Assembly: GCF_963921235.1 (NCBI RefSeq)
Contig: NC_086108.1
Location: 53,446,001 to 53,510,000 of the forward strand
Length of the DNA: 64,000 nucleotides
Direction of reading: 5' to 3'
From: Mobula hypostoma
Lineage: Eukaryota
Part shown: positions 53,440 to 64,000 of the stretch, one piece after another
Numbering within the stretch: position 1 is the stretch's first letter
Layout: each line of letters begins with the position of its first letter
The notes under the pieces: generated by a model
Seen by the model: only the letters and a program-made list of their open reading frames with translations
What the model was told of the DNA's origin: nothing
The model's database searches: none
Translations under genes and position numbers: made by a program

Positions 53440-54874
53440 CAGGCATCCCACCTCTCCCGGAAGTTCCAGGAGTCTCCCGCATTTTGATAGTGGCTCCCTG
53501 ATGCTCAGAAATTATATACAATATCCCGGAAATCGATTTTTTTTTAAGAGGGAGAGCGAGCATCCTGATTGGTGTCTCTTCGTGCTAAGAGTGGTCCCCA
53601 TCCGCTAGGCCGCGAGGAAACAATATGATTTGGCGATATGAGTCAGCTGCACCTTTCCTCATTCCCTGTCACGCACTGTTGAATTTGAATGCAAGCGAGG
53701 TCATTATGGATGCATCATGTATGTCAGCGCGGGAAGATCAACTCCTCGAGCTTGCAAATGACGGTGGGCTGAAAAATATGTTTGACATAACATCTTTGTT
53801 GGCATTCTGGATCAAAGTCAAGGCTAAATATCCTGAGATAGCCACGAAAGCACTGAAAATGTTGCTTCCATTTCCAACATATCTCTGCGAAGTGGAGTTT
53901 TCTGCAATGAATGCAACGGAAACAAAATTGCGGAATAGACTGGACACAAGGATCCCCCTTTGAGTATCGCTGTCTCCCATCACCCCTCGATAGGACCGTC
54001 TTGTTGTAAGAAAACAAGCCCAGGGCTCCAACTATTCAGCGATGTTGGTGTGTTGCAATGATTTTATATGGTCATAAAAGGAAAATACGTGCTGTGTTTA
54101 ATATCCAAATGTTACTTGAAATGTTATGATGCTATTGACTTATAATTAACTTATCATTATATTCATACGAGGAAAATATGCGCTGTATGTTCAATATTAA
54201 ATTCGTTAGATAAACACTTTTAGAAACGAAATTGAGCGTATTAGCCGCTTATAAGTGACTTACAGTTGACTTATCACCTATATTCCGGTCGTGATTAACA
54301 CCCCGCCCCCCATGCGGTCAGCCGGTCTGCAAGAATGTTGTCAATATTAAACCGGTCCGCGGTGCAATAAATGTTGGGGACCCCTCCTAAGTAGACTTAT
54401 CAGTTTTCTCTGTGGGCGGGCTTTACAATCGACCTCAAAAATAATGACAGTGTTGCTCGCTGCACTGTTTGCAACAGTGACTTTTCTATTGCCCATGGTG
54501 GGTTAAAATGTAAAAGACATGTTGAGGTGAGCTTAACAGGTGTCATTCATTCATTAGCATAGCTAACGTTATTTAAACTAGCTGGCTGGCTGGCTGCTAA
54601 GGAGCTACGCTATTGATGTCCTACATGATGAGGCCAAACTCCCTGTAGACTTGCTTAAAGTTGTAATAGAATAAACATGATAATATAATATAAATACATA
54701 TTTTAATGTCACATTTTCTGCATATACCCATCTTGGTTTACAGATTAGACAAAATAACTAAACCAAGTATTACATACACCCTTGGAGGTCGACCGGGGGG
54801 TGGGGGGGGTAAGGGGTTGTGGGGGATGGGGGTGCTACCTCCCTGAAATGTGTTTTTGCAGGGTAGGATGTCTG
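53440..54874. mobile_element. Non-autonomous TIR DNA element (hAT-like) carrying an internal Charlie fragment
   Basis: Termini CAGGCATCCCACC ... GGTAGGATGTCTG; flanks ATATGG / ATGTGG. Confidence 0.55.
53606..54385 (+). mobile_element. hAT-Charlie 3' fragment with dimerisation domain remnant
   Basis: ORF 53625..53963 EDQLLELANDGGLK..FWIKVKAKYPEIATKALKMLLPFPTYLCE.EFSAM..KLRNRLD; ends in a GTTGGGGACCCCT TIR. Confidence 0.85.
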
Positions 54875-55573
54875 ATGTGGAGCAGATAGGATCTAAACAG
54901 TTGGAAGAAGCCATGCATGTGAAATGTTTAAAAGATTACCAGTTACTTCCAGTTTTATGAAGGATTCATTTGAGAAGAGAGCTTACTGATCTTTGCTGCA
55001 CTGCACTCAGAAGCTATGGCAGTTGTCAATAATCTATGAAACTCCATTTCTTTCTTCTTTCACTCTTCAGATGCACATTATTAATGTGTTATCCTAATTG
55101 AACCTTCAAGTGAATCACCAATAACATGCATTTTTCACCCCTGCTTTCCTGTTTAAACTCGTTACTAGAGAGTTGGTTTCTTTTAAATTTGTGCTTTATA
55201 TTTAATTCCCTGTTCCAATTGGAAAAGCCACAAATAATCTTATAGTCACGTGCCTTTCAGAGAGATCACTTTGTAAGTCCCAAAGAGTGTTTTCCTACTT
55301 AATAAACTTGATCTTCAATCTATATTAAACCTCCTATTCTGCCATTTAAACATGATCTTCCATTCACTTTGCTCCTCCTCTTTGCCCAAAGTTTGTCATC
55401 TGTGTATCTTGGTCTCCTGTACAGCTAATTCCTAATATCAGTCCTGAAAGTAGCCTTGTTAGTTGCAGATGGTGCAGAGATGGGAGTCATATAAGCACGG
55501 GGATAAAGGGGCATGGGCATAATCATAGTGTGTGTGCACACTTCTTAAAATTTAATTTCTGTTTCTTTTACAG

Positions 55574-55663
55574 GCAATGCTCAGCCCTCTAATAAAAATT
55601 GCTCTGAAGTTTTCTCAGATTCATGAACGAACAGGTCGCACCAAGCCAACAGTGATCACATAA
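55574..55663 (+). CDS. PGM1: Phosphoglucomutase 1, exon 11 coding part (last exon, TAA stop)
   Basis: Read manually as [29 protein letters not shown]; ttttacAG acceptor; ends in the canonical PGM C-terminal PTVIT, followed by an AT-rich 3' UTR-like stretch. Confidence 0.95.
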   Translation, partial: AMLSPLIKIALKFSQIHERTGRTKPTVIT

Positions 55664-56333
55664 ATATATAATATTAAATCAGAAGATAAAATAATAGAGA
55701 AGTATTAACTAAAGATTTTAAAACACCTGAAAAATGTGAAGTGCTATTGTAAACTATCATCTCACACTGTTTTCTGAATATTAAGGCCTTATGAGGAAAA
55801 CTGAGGCTTAAATATTGTATTAAAATATCATTAATATATATTATATGCTCTTGATGTATTTTTTCAAATTGCAATGCAAACTCAAAATGATTGTAGTTCA
55901 TTACTATGTTTAATATCCTTTATCAATACCAGTTCTGTACTGCAACCAGAAACACTGCAAATTGTAACATATGATACCATCTGCTATTTTAAGGTGAAGT
56001 AAACAAGTATCAACAAAAATGGAGCTTTTTTTTAATAATAAGCAGGAGTTAATTATTACAAGAATTATTAAGGTGTTCATTTGTGCATTCTACTTAAGTC
56101 ACAAAATATTCATTTATTAGTTGATTTCAATTCACCAGAGAAACTTTGTTGATTGTATTGCATGTTCAGGATGACCCAGAAATTAAATTACAAATTTTTT
56201 TGCCTGAATTATTGCATAAAGTCACTTGTAAATTGCAGTACCAAGATTATTATTGTATGTTCTGGCAAAATGAAAGATTTCATCATTTGCTTTCATACTC
56301 TCAAAGTTAGCATCCAAACTACAGAAAACTGAC

Positions 56334-56339
56334 AATAAA
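56334..56339 (+). promoter_or_regulatory. Candidate PGM1 polyadenylation signal
   Basis: First perfect AATAAA I found after the stop codon (~670 nt downstream). ATTAAA variants occur earlier, so actual use is uncertain. Confidence 0.35.
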
Positions 56340-56929
56340 CATCATGTAATGCATATTTAATATCTGTCCTACCACCATGCATGTTGGCTGCTGTACATAG
56401 CATATTAGGCTATGTGGAGTAAACCTGATTTTAATAATAAGAAGCCATTCAGATGAAATAGTGTATGTCAAAGAATCAAAAACTAATTTCTAAATTTATT
56501 GGCGATTCATCTGAGAGGAGAACTTACTGGGTTTTATTGCACTGCACTTCGGAGCTGTGGTTGTTGTGGAGATGTTTCTTTTCTCTCAAGTTAAAACTTA
56601 TTAAACTTGGCCGTTCTACTAATTACTTTGGTAGAACTCCAGCATGAATCAGAAGCAGTCAAGGAGGAAGTTAAGCTAATCTCCGGAGGAGGTTGTAGGA
56701 GGCTGCCCTAAGAGTCTTCCAGTTATAAGTTTTATCACCATATTCAGAAAATAGTGTTTCTGGAGATTGAGATATTCAATATGGTCACAGAAGTCTAGGC
56801 GCAGCTCCAACCACATCTGTATGAGCCTTGCTGCATTTGAAGATGAAGGTTACCTTCACCCTGATCTGCTTAACATTAAATGCACACTGCATGGCTATAG
56901 CATCTGGTATATACAGTATGTCTTATAGC

Positions 56930-57475
56930 GACCCACACAAAATGCTGCAGGAACTCAGCTTGTCAGGCAGCATCTATGGAAATGAATAAACAGTCGACAT
57001 TTCAGGCCAAGAGCCTTCTGCAGGACTGGAAAGTGGGGGTAGGGGTGGATTTGCCAGAATAAAAAGGTGGGGAGAGGGAAAGGAAGATAGCTAGAAGGTG
57101 ATAGGTAAAGCCAAGTGGATGGGAAAGGTAAAGGGCTGGAGAGGAAGGAGACCATGGAAGAAAGGGAAGAAGGAGGGGCATCAGGGGGTGATGTCAAGCA
57201 GGTAAGAAGAGGTAAGAGGCCAGAGTGGTGAATAGAAGCAGGGGGAAGGAAAGAAATTTTACCAGAAGAGGAAATCAGTTCGAAGGCAGCAGAGAGCTAT
57301 CCTCCTTCCTCTCTCCCCTTATTCTGGCTTCTTCCCTTATCCTTACCAGTCTTGTAAGAAGGGTCCTGGCCTGAAATGTCGTCTGTTTATTTGTTTCCAT
57401 AGTTGCTGCCTGACCTGCTGTGTTCCTCCTGCATTTTGTGTGTGTTGCTTTAGATTTTCAGTATCTGGAGAATTT
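56930..57475. mobile_element. Two PLE pLTR fragments in inverted orientation
   Basis: 56930-57270 is a minus-strand pLTR and 57300-57475 a plus-strand pLTR; each has a decayed hammerhead. Confidence 0.75.
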
Positions 57476-57893
57476 CACATTAGGATTTGCTGCTCCACTG
57501 CAAAGTCTCTTTGAGGGATGCCTACTCTAAAAAAGTTTAAATCTTCTCTTCGACAGAAGTTCAGTGGTACCCTGTCTCACTGCATCCACTCTGTGATCTC
57601 CTTGTAAAGTAGGGTAGTCATTGCCTCTTACACGCGAGGATAAATGAAATAAATCCATTCCATGCTTGATGTGTGGGCACACCTTGTATCCTTATGGGGA
57701 TAACTTCACAAAATGAGGGCTCAACTAGAACTACAATTTGTGCCCAAGCATACCAAGACCTCGGCACCATTTGGACTTGGAATAATAATAAGCAAATTAA
57801 TATTGTGCCGCATTTTGGTCATGAATTACTATTAAGTTCAAATAGAAAGAAGCTTCACCAATTCCTCTTAACTCAAATGTACTATAATACATT

Positions 57894-58180
57894 TCAAAGT
57901 TCAAAGTAAATTTATTATCGAAGTACATATACGTCATCATATACAACCATGAAATTCATTTTCATGTGGGCATAATCAATCCATAATAGAATAATGCCCA
58001 TAATAGAATCAGTGAAAGACCATACCAATTTGGGCATTCTGCCAGTGTGCAAAAGACGCAATCTGTGTAAGTTCAAAAAGACGGAAACAATAATAGTAAA
58101 TAAATAAGCAATAAATATCGAGAACATGAAATGAGGAGTCCTTGAAAGTTGTAGAACATTGCAGTGATGGAGCAAGTGAA
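57894..58180 (-). mobile_element. Rex-type LINE/SINE 3' tail fragment
   Basis: GATAATAAATTTACTTTGAACTTTGAA tail on the minus strand. Confidence 0.5.
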
Positions 58181-58433
58181 ATTATGAAGGTTTCCAGCAT
58201 CTGCAGAATCTCCTGTGCTACATATCTAATATGCTAATAAAGCATTTTATACATTATGTGCCTTGTAAGGAGTCAGGAGGCCACTGGATAGGCTGGGCTA
58301 TGTAGCACCAGGGGAACAGAGTGTGGCACCTATCGCTGTCTTTTACACCTGGGTTGGACTATGTGCTTTGCATGGAGGGTTGGCAAATTATCTCAATGTC
58401 ATGAGGACATGACTAAATTTGGTGGGGGGAGAG

Positions 58434-58975
58434 TGTAACACCTTGGGAAATGTTTCACCGCTAATGTAATGGTCTTTCTGTAGAAGCAGTGTTTGGGTTA
58501 TGGTTAGAAATAACAGGTGCTTTGGAATGTGGGCCATCCAATGAGGGGAGTGTGTTTTCATGCTATGTGCCTGACACCGAGGTAATCTGGGTCTCGTGTT
58601 CGGCGGAAGATGGAGAGAGAAGGAGCCAGAAAGGAGTGGACTTGGAGTGGGGCCGGGAGTTGATGAAGCCCAGGGAAATCGATGGAGGACCAGCAGAGGG
58701 GAAACCGTGAACTCCAACTTGTGCACATTAGACTTTCATTAAAATGGACCCTTTTTGTTTTTCTTTTCTAACCCTTTAGTCAAATTAAGAATTATAACGC
58801 TAAATCATTTACTATGGTGTACTGTCTGTTATTTCATGGTTCTGATTTGTAACGGGAACAAATCATTTCAGCATCCACACGAACAAGAGGTTTTGCACCT
58901 CAAACTTCACATGGTTGGCGGGGCCAGAGATCATCTTCCCTAGACTTACGCCACCAACCAAACCAGAGGGTTACA
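58434..58975 (+). mobile_element. Probable solo LTR
   Basis: TGTAAC ... GTTACA inverted termini around ~540 bp of non-coding sequence; no clear TSD. Confidence 0.5.
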
Positions 58976-59244
58976 TACAAAATAGAAGGCAATAATTCTA
59001 ACAGGTGGAGAGTGGACTGCTATGTTTCATGATCTTCATTTGAAATTGGAATTGATTTATTATTGCCACCTGTGCAGAGAAACTGTAGAATATTTTCCTA
59101 TTCCTGTATTCTTTTCATTACTTTGATTGACTGCTATTGCAGTATTGTTAGGGCTCCTTCATAGCAGCATTACAATACATCACCTTAAATGGACATGGGG
59201 ACCAGTAATACATGCTGACCTTGTCTAAGTGATCACCCACTTTG

Positions 59245-59790
59245 AACTGAGCAGGACTTACTTCCATTGTAGTACTTTAAATTCTGAAGTGGCTAATGAG
59301 TGCAATATGGGGCCCACAGGTGAAGGAATCCTGACAAGGCAATGGTTAACAGGCCAAGTAGGTGGGTGATTAAAGAGGTGGTGTACTCCGCCCTTTGTTC
59401 AAAGTGTGCTCCCAGTGCATGGACTTGAGTCCCTCAGCATCGTCCCAGATACTTCTCCGCTATTTTGAGCAGTCATGAACCAGAGTTTCCACAAGTGTTC
59501 AAGTATGTTACACTTTTTTCAATGTTTTGAGAACATACTAGTTTTGAGAATTTGATGCCATCAAGCGAATGATGTGATCTGTTCATTGGAACCAACAAAG
59601 CTTAACTCGGGCTAAACTAGGGATGTCAGTCTAGGCTATGGCGCTGATATTAAGTTGCTTATCCTGTTAAAAGGTTTGAAGGATATTACAAAGGTAACAT
59701 TGTGGGTATCTTCCGTTACCCTGAGGTGCCTGCTGCATGGAGTCCATCAATCAAAATCAATAACGGACCTTGGTCTTTGTACCAGATTTG
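59245..59790 (-). mobile_element. RTE-like LINE 3' remnant
   Basis: Resembles the decayed stretch at ~51725-52020 (gacttacttcca..tctgaagtggctaatga); family call tentative. Confidence 0.4.
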
Positions 59791-59800
59791 ATGTCTTGTT

Positions 59801-59836
59801 CTTCTCAGCCTTTTGGCTAAGATCAAGTGTAGTATC
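59801..59836 (+). pseudogene. U2 snRNA 5' fragment (nt 5-40)
   Basis: CTTCTCAGCCTTTTGGCTAAGATCAAGTGTAGTATC versus U2 CTTCTCGGCCTTTTGGCTAAGATCAAGTGTAGTATC: 35/36 identical (one CpG transition). Homology stops just after the branch-point recognition sequence GTAGTA. Confidence 0.92.
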
Positions 59837-62800
59837 GTGGTGGATCTCTGAGTATGCTGACATTGAGGATGGAAGAGGGACGTACTTGTCATGATCAAGG
59901 GGCTGACAAGAGTATAACCTGCTGACATAGGGGTGGACCCTCATGCTGATTGGGAAAGCAATCTAAAACCACTTTCCAGCATTTTATTAACACCCAATCA
60001 GAATGGATACACCTTTATTGACTGGAGGACCTGTGATCCAAAACACTTCAGGGTGGCAGAAGAGGGTCACAGTGAGAGAAACCCCTTCAACAGGGATCAC
60101 TTCATTTGGAAGGTCCTGCTCAAATACTGCAAGTTCAAGGCAAACAACATTTTCTGAGTGCAGGACTTCACTAGTAATGGCTTTTTGATGTGACCTTCAA
60201 GTACACGGCAGCATGGCAGAAGTTCCTCCAGGATTTTCAGAAGAAGGGGGATTGAGGTACCACTGTTGCTACTGAAGGTGCTGCCACTCTTCACCCAGAA
60301 GGAGTGTGTGACCACAGTGCACACATTCAATCCATATGTATCCATTGTGGATATCCTCACCTTCCTTGTCCATTAATTCAAGGGAGCAGGAAACTGTGTG
60401 AACATTAAAGATATGGTTGGGATCTGGACAAGCGAGCCCCAGGTGAAGGTCAAGTTGAGGATAGGTTTGAATGGCTCCATCATCCACCCTCCCTCAGACT
60501 TAGCCATAACTGCAACATCTGGACGTGTGGCAGTGCCATCATCTGAAGAACTGCAAGCAGAAAGGTCATCAGACAAAAGACTGCCTGGAGAGCAAATGCT
60601 GTAACCTCTGAGGAGAAGCAGGCCATTTCTACAAAGCCTGCCCAAAGCATGCCAGCATCTAGACATAGGCAATAAGAGGAGGAAATGGCATTGATAATGC
60701 CCAGGCAAATGTCGACGTACCCACCAGCAGTGTGGAGGCCAAGGCCAACAATGAAATGCAGACTGTGATATCACGAGCCCCTACTCCCCAACCGAAAATC
60801 CCCAGGCCCCTCCACATTAGCAGGAGGAGTCCATGGAGGAGGGATAAGCAGAACCAGGCCATTCAGCCCATTGAGTCCACTCCGCCACTCCACCGTGGCC
60901 AATGCAGGATCCTACTTAACCCCATACACCTGCCTTCTAACCATATCCTTTGATGCCCTGACTGATCAGGAAATATCAACTTCTGCCTTAAATATACCCA
61001 CAGACTTGGCCTCCACCGCAGTCTATGGCAGAGCATTCCACAGACTCACCACTCCTTGGGTAAAAACAAAATCCCTGTTCTAAAATTGCCGCTCAATTTT
61101 GAGGCTGTGCCCTCTAGTTCTGGATACCCCCACCAGAGAGAACATCTACTTCATATTCACCTTATCAAGTCCTTTTAACATTCAATAATTCTCAATGAGA
61201 TTCCCACACATTCTTCTAATTTCCAGTGAGTACAGGCCCAAAGCTGCCAAACACTCCTCATATGCTGACCCCTTCATTCCCGGAATCATCCTCGTGAACC
61301 TCCTCTGGACTCTCTGCAATGACAACACATCTTTTCTGAGGTATGGGGCCCAAAACTGTTGACGTTACTCCAAGTGCGGCCTGACTAGAGTCTTATAAAG
61401 ACTCATCATTATCTCCTTGCTTTTATATTCTATTCCCCTTGAAATAACTGCCAACATTGCATTTGCCTTACTTAACCTGTGAATTAACCTTCTGGGACTC
61501 TTAGACAAAGACTTCTGAGTCCCTCTGCACCTCTGATGTTTGAACCTTCTCCCCATTTAGGTAATAGTCTGCACTATTGTTCCTTTTACCAAAATGCATT
61601 ATCATTCATTTCCCAACACTGTATTCCACATTTTTGCCCTTTCTTCCAACTTATCTAAGTTCTGCAGCAATTGCATTGCTTCCTCAGCACCAGATACCCC
61701 TCCACCCCTATCTTTGTATCACCCGCAAACTTTGCCACAAAGCCATCAATTCCATTATCCAAATAATTGACAAACAATGTGAAAAGTAGTTATCCCAATT
61801 CTGATCCCTGTGGAACACTACTAGTCACTGGTAGCCAACCAGATATGGCCCCTTTTATTCCTACTTGCTGCCTCCTGCCTGTCAGCCATTCCTTTATCCA
61901 TGCCAGTATCTTTCCTGTAACTCCATAGGATTTGATCTTGTTAAGCACCTTATCAAATGCCTTCTGAAAATCCAAGTGAATGACATCCATTGCCTTTCCT
62001 TTGTCCACTCTGCTTGTTACTTCCTCAAAGAACTCTAACAGATTTGTCAGGCAGGATTTCACTTTACAGAAACCATGCTGACTTTGACTTACTTTGTCAT
62101 CAGCCTCCAAATACCCCAAAACTTCATACTTAATAATAGACTCCAGACTCCAACACTTTCCCAACCACTGAGGTTAGGCTAAATGACCTATAATTTCCTT
62201 TAATTTGCCATCCTCCCTTCTTAAGGATTGGAGTGACATTTGCAATCTTCCAGTCCTCTGGGACCATGCCAGAAACAAGTGATTTTTTAAAGATCATCAC
62301 CGATGCATCTGCTATCTCTTCAGTAACCTCTCTCAGGACTCTGGCATGTTATCCATCTGGTCCAGGTGACTTATCCACCTTAAGACCTTTGAGTTTGCCT
62401 AGCATGTTTTCCTTTGTTATAGCAATGGCACTCACTTCATCTCCCTGACACTCGTGGACTCTGGCACACAGCAAGTGCTTCCACAGTGAAGACAGATGCA
62501 AAGTAGCCATTAAGTTCATCTGCTATTTCTTTGTTCTCCCCCCCCCCCCCATTACTACCTCACCAGCATCATTTTCCAGTGGTCCAATACTATCTCTCAC
62601 TTCCCTTTTATTCTTTATATAACTGAAACACTTTTGGTATCCTGCTTTATATTATTGGCTAGTTTGCCCTTGCATTTCATCCTTTCCCTTATAGCTCTTT
62701 TAGTTGACTTTTGTTGGATTTTAAATGCTTCCCAAGCATCCAACTTCCCACTCACTTTTGCTACATTATAGTCCCTTTCTTTTGCTTTTATGCAGTCCTT

Positions 62801-64000
62801 AACTTACCTTGCCAGCCACAGATGTCTAGCCCCGCCACCTGAGAACAACTTCTTCTGTGGGACTTGCCTTGCGTCTTGTGAACTATTCTCAGAAAGTTCA
62901 GCCATCTCTGCTCTGTCATCATCCCGCCCAGTACCCTCCTCCAATCCATCTAGACAAGAAGTGAAATGGCAGGTGGTGAAGAGAAGAAATCCCTGAAGAC
63001 AACATCCAAAAGATAGTGGGCTGCCTAGAGTTAAAGGAATAGGAAGGACAGGACAACAAACAGATGCCAGCAACCTCTCTTTGTCAGAGGATGAAGCAAG
63101 CACAGGAATCTGATAGCCCAGGCATAGGAAGTACCAATTAATAGAGGAAAAAGTATAAAGGAACCAACAGGCAATTATGGATAGGGAAAGAATTATGTTA
63201 CCCAAATCCCAGACCGGGTGCAGCACAAAATCCATAAGCTCCCAGCTCCAGGAGCGGCACAGTGCCCAATCAAAACCAGCACTGGGAAACCGGGAGCTGT
63301 ACAGAGGCCACTTGCTCCCAGCTCCAGGAAACCAGGAGCAGCAGAGGAGACAACCACCACCAGCTCCAGGAGTCTGGGAGCAGACCAACATCTGAGAGGT
63401 GGACAGTGTGGATCGACTAGAGCAGGATGTCGGAGGAGGAACAGTGACCAACCTCCCCCCAGGCACACCACCAGCATCGCCACACCCAAGGGAGGATCAT
63501 CCTCAGTACCTGAACCCACAAGCAGTATGCCAGTTCACCAATGCTGTGTGCATGATAGCTCAAACTGAGTGACAAGTGGACTGTGATACAAGAACTCAAT
63601 CATGGACATAAAACTGGCATCTTTGAATGTGTGCAGTGTGAAGAGAATGGTGCGACCTGTCAACGCTTTACAATAGCTGGCCAAGCCAAGGCGTGTGTGA
63701 CTTTTTTTCAGGAGTACGGGCTACCACACCTCCACAGCTACCAGAGGTGGGCGTGATGATGGCCCTATGGTTTTTCTGTGTGGTTGGGGGGCAATCATTG
63801 TTGTGCTTTGGGCCTGGGAATTTTGCTATGGGGAAGCAACTTGTCAATCACCCATCAGAGAGGTGGTTGGGGGGGGAGGGTTCACCTCCTCATGGCAGAC
63901 ATAATGAACCGGAACACTCTGCTGCGGCTAATTAATGAGTATGCCTCATCTGTGCAGAGCGAGTGGCTGGCCGGTTCCAACCAGTTCCCACCACTGATGC
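59837..64000 (+). mobile_element. Decayed Tx1-clade L1 retrotransposon, Keno-like (U2-targeting); runs off the window end
   Basis: ORF1 remnant from ATG 60003: NRDHFIWKVLLKYCKF..IF*VQDF..FDVTF, NPYV, KDMVGIWTS..VKVKLR..IIHPPS (ZCCHC3-like) and knuckles KNCKQKGHQTKDC, CNL*GEAGHFYKAC (60546-60644). ORF2 APE remnant from ATG 63602: MDIKLASLNV..FFQE..GLGILL..LRLINEYA. Confidence 0.85.
60845..62945 (-). mobile_element. CR1 LINE fragment inserted in the Tx1 ORF1
   Basis: ORFs 61790..62164 (SQHGFCKVKSCLTNLLEFFEEVT..DFQKAFDKV..VPQGSELG) and 61365..61556 (LYKTLVRPHLE). Confidence 0.88.

Noticed and set aside
53625..53963. Domesticated ZBED/SCAND3-type gene
   Set aside because: Only a short dimerisation-domain remnant next to a TIR, with no catalytic core.
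55591..55596. AATAAA as PGM1 poly(A) signal
   Set aside because: It lies inside the coding part of exon 11 (codons L-I-K), upstream of the stop.
59801..59836. Functional U2 snRNA gene
   Set aside because: Only nt 5-40 are present; there is no Sm site or 3' stem-loops and no recognisable promoter.
62804..63568. Novel genes from ORFs 62804..63466 (-, 220 aa) and 63218..63568 (+)
   Set aside because: These are the low-complexity tail of the Tx1 ORF1 (repeated CCAGCTCCAGGA) and its antisense shadow, spanning a CR1 junction.

Overview
Vertebrate genomic DNA, most likely a cartilaginous fish such as a ray or shark (inferred from the CR1/HER1, HE1-type SINE and Penelope repeat content). The + strand carries exons 2-11 of phosphoglucomutase 1 (PGM1), 20848-55663: 1443 coding nt (480 aa + stop), all with GT-AG junctions and an open frame. 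Exon 1 lies upstream of the window. The rest is mostly transposon-derived. Intron 1 holds a deeply nested CR1/hAT/Rex/SINE cluster. Intron 2 holds a nearly intact 5'-truncated Penelope-like element (RT + GIY-YIG) with an 11-bp target-site duplication (TSD). Several pseudo-LTR (pLTR) copies carry minimal hammerhead ribozymes, three of them with an intact core in the PGM1 sense direction. A Penelope foldback lies just before exon 7, and there are hAT, Tc1/mariner and solo-LTR relics. Downstream of PGM1 is a decayed Tx1-clade L1 element headed by the 5' end of U2 snRNA (Keno-like, U2-targeting), located outside any recognisable U2 gene. All family assignments come from recognising motifs by eye; no database search was run.
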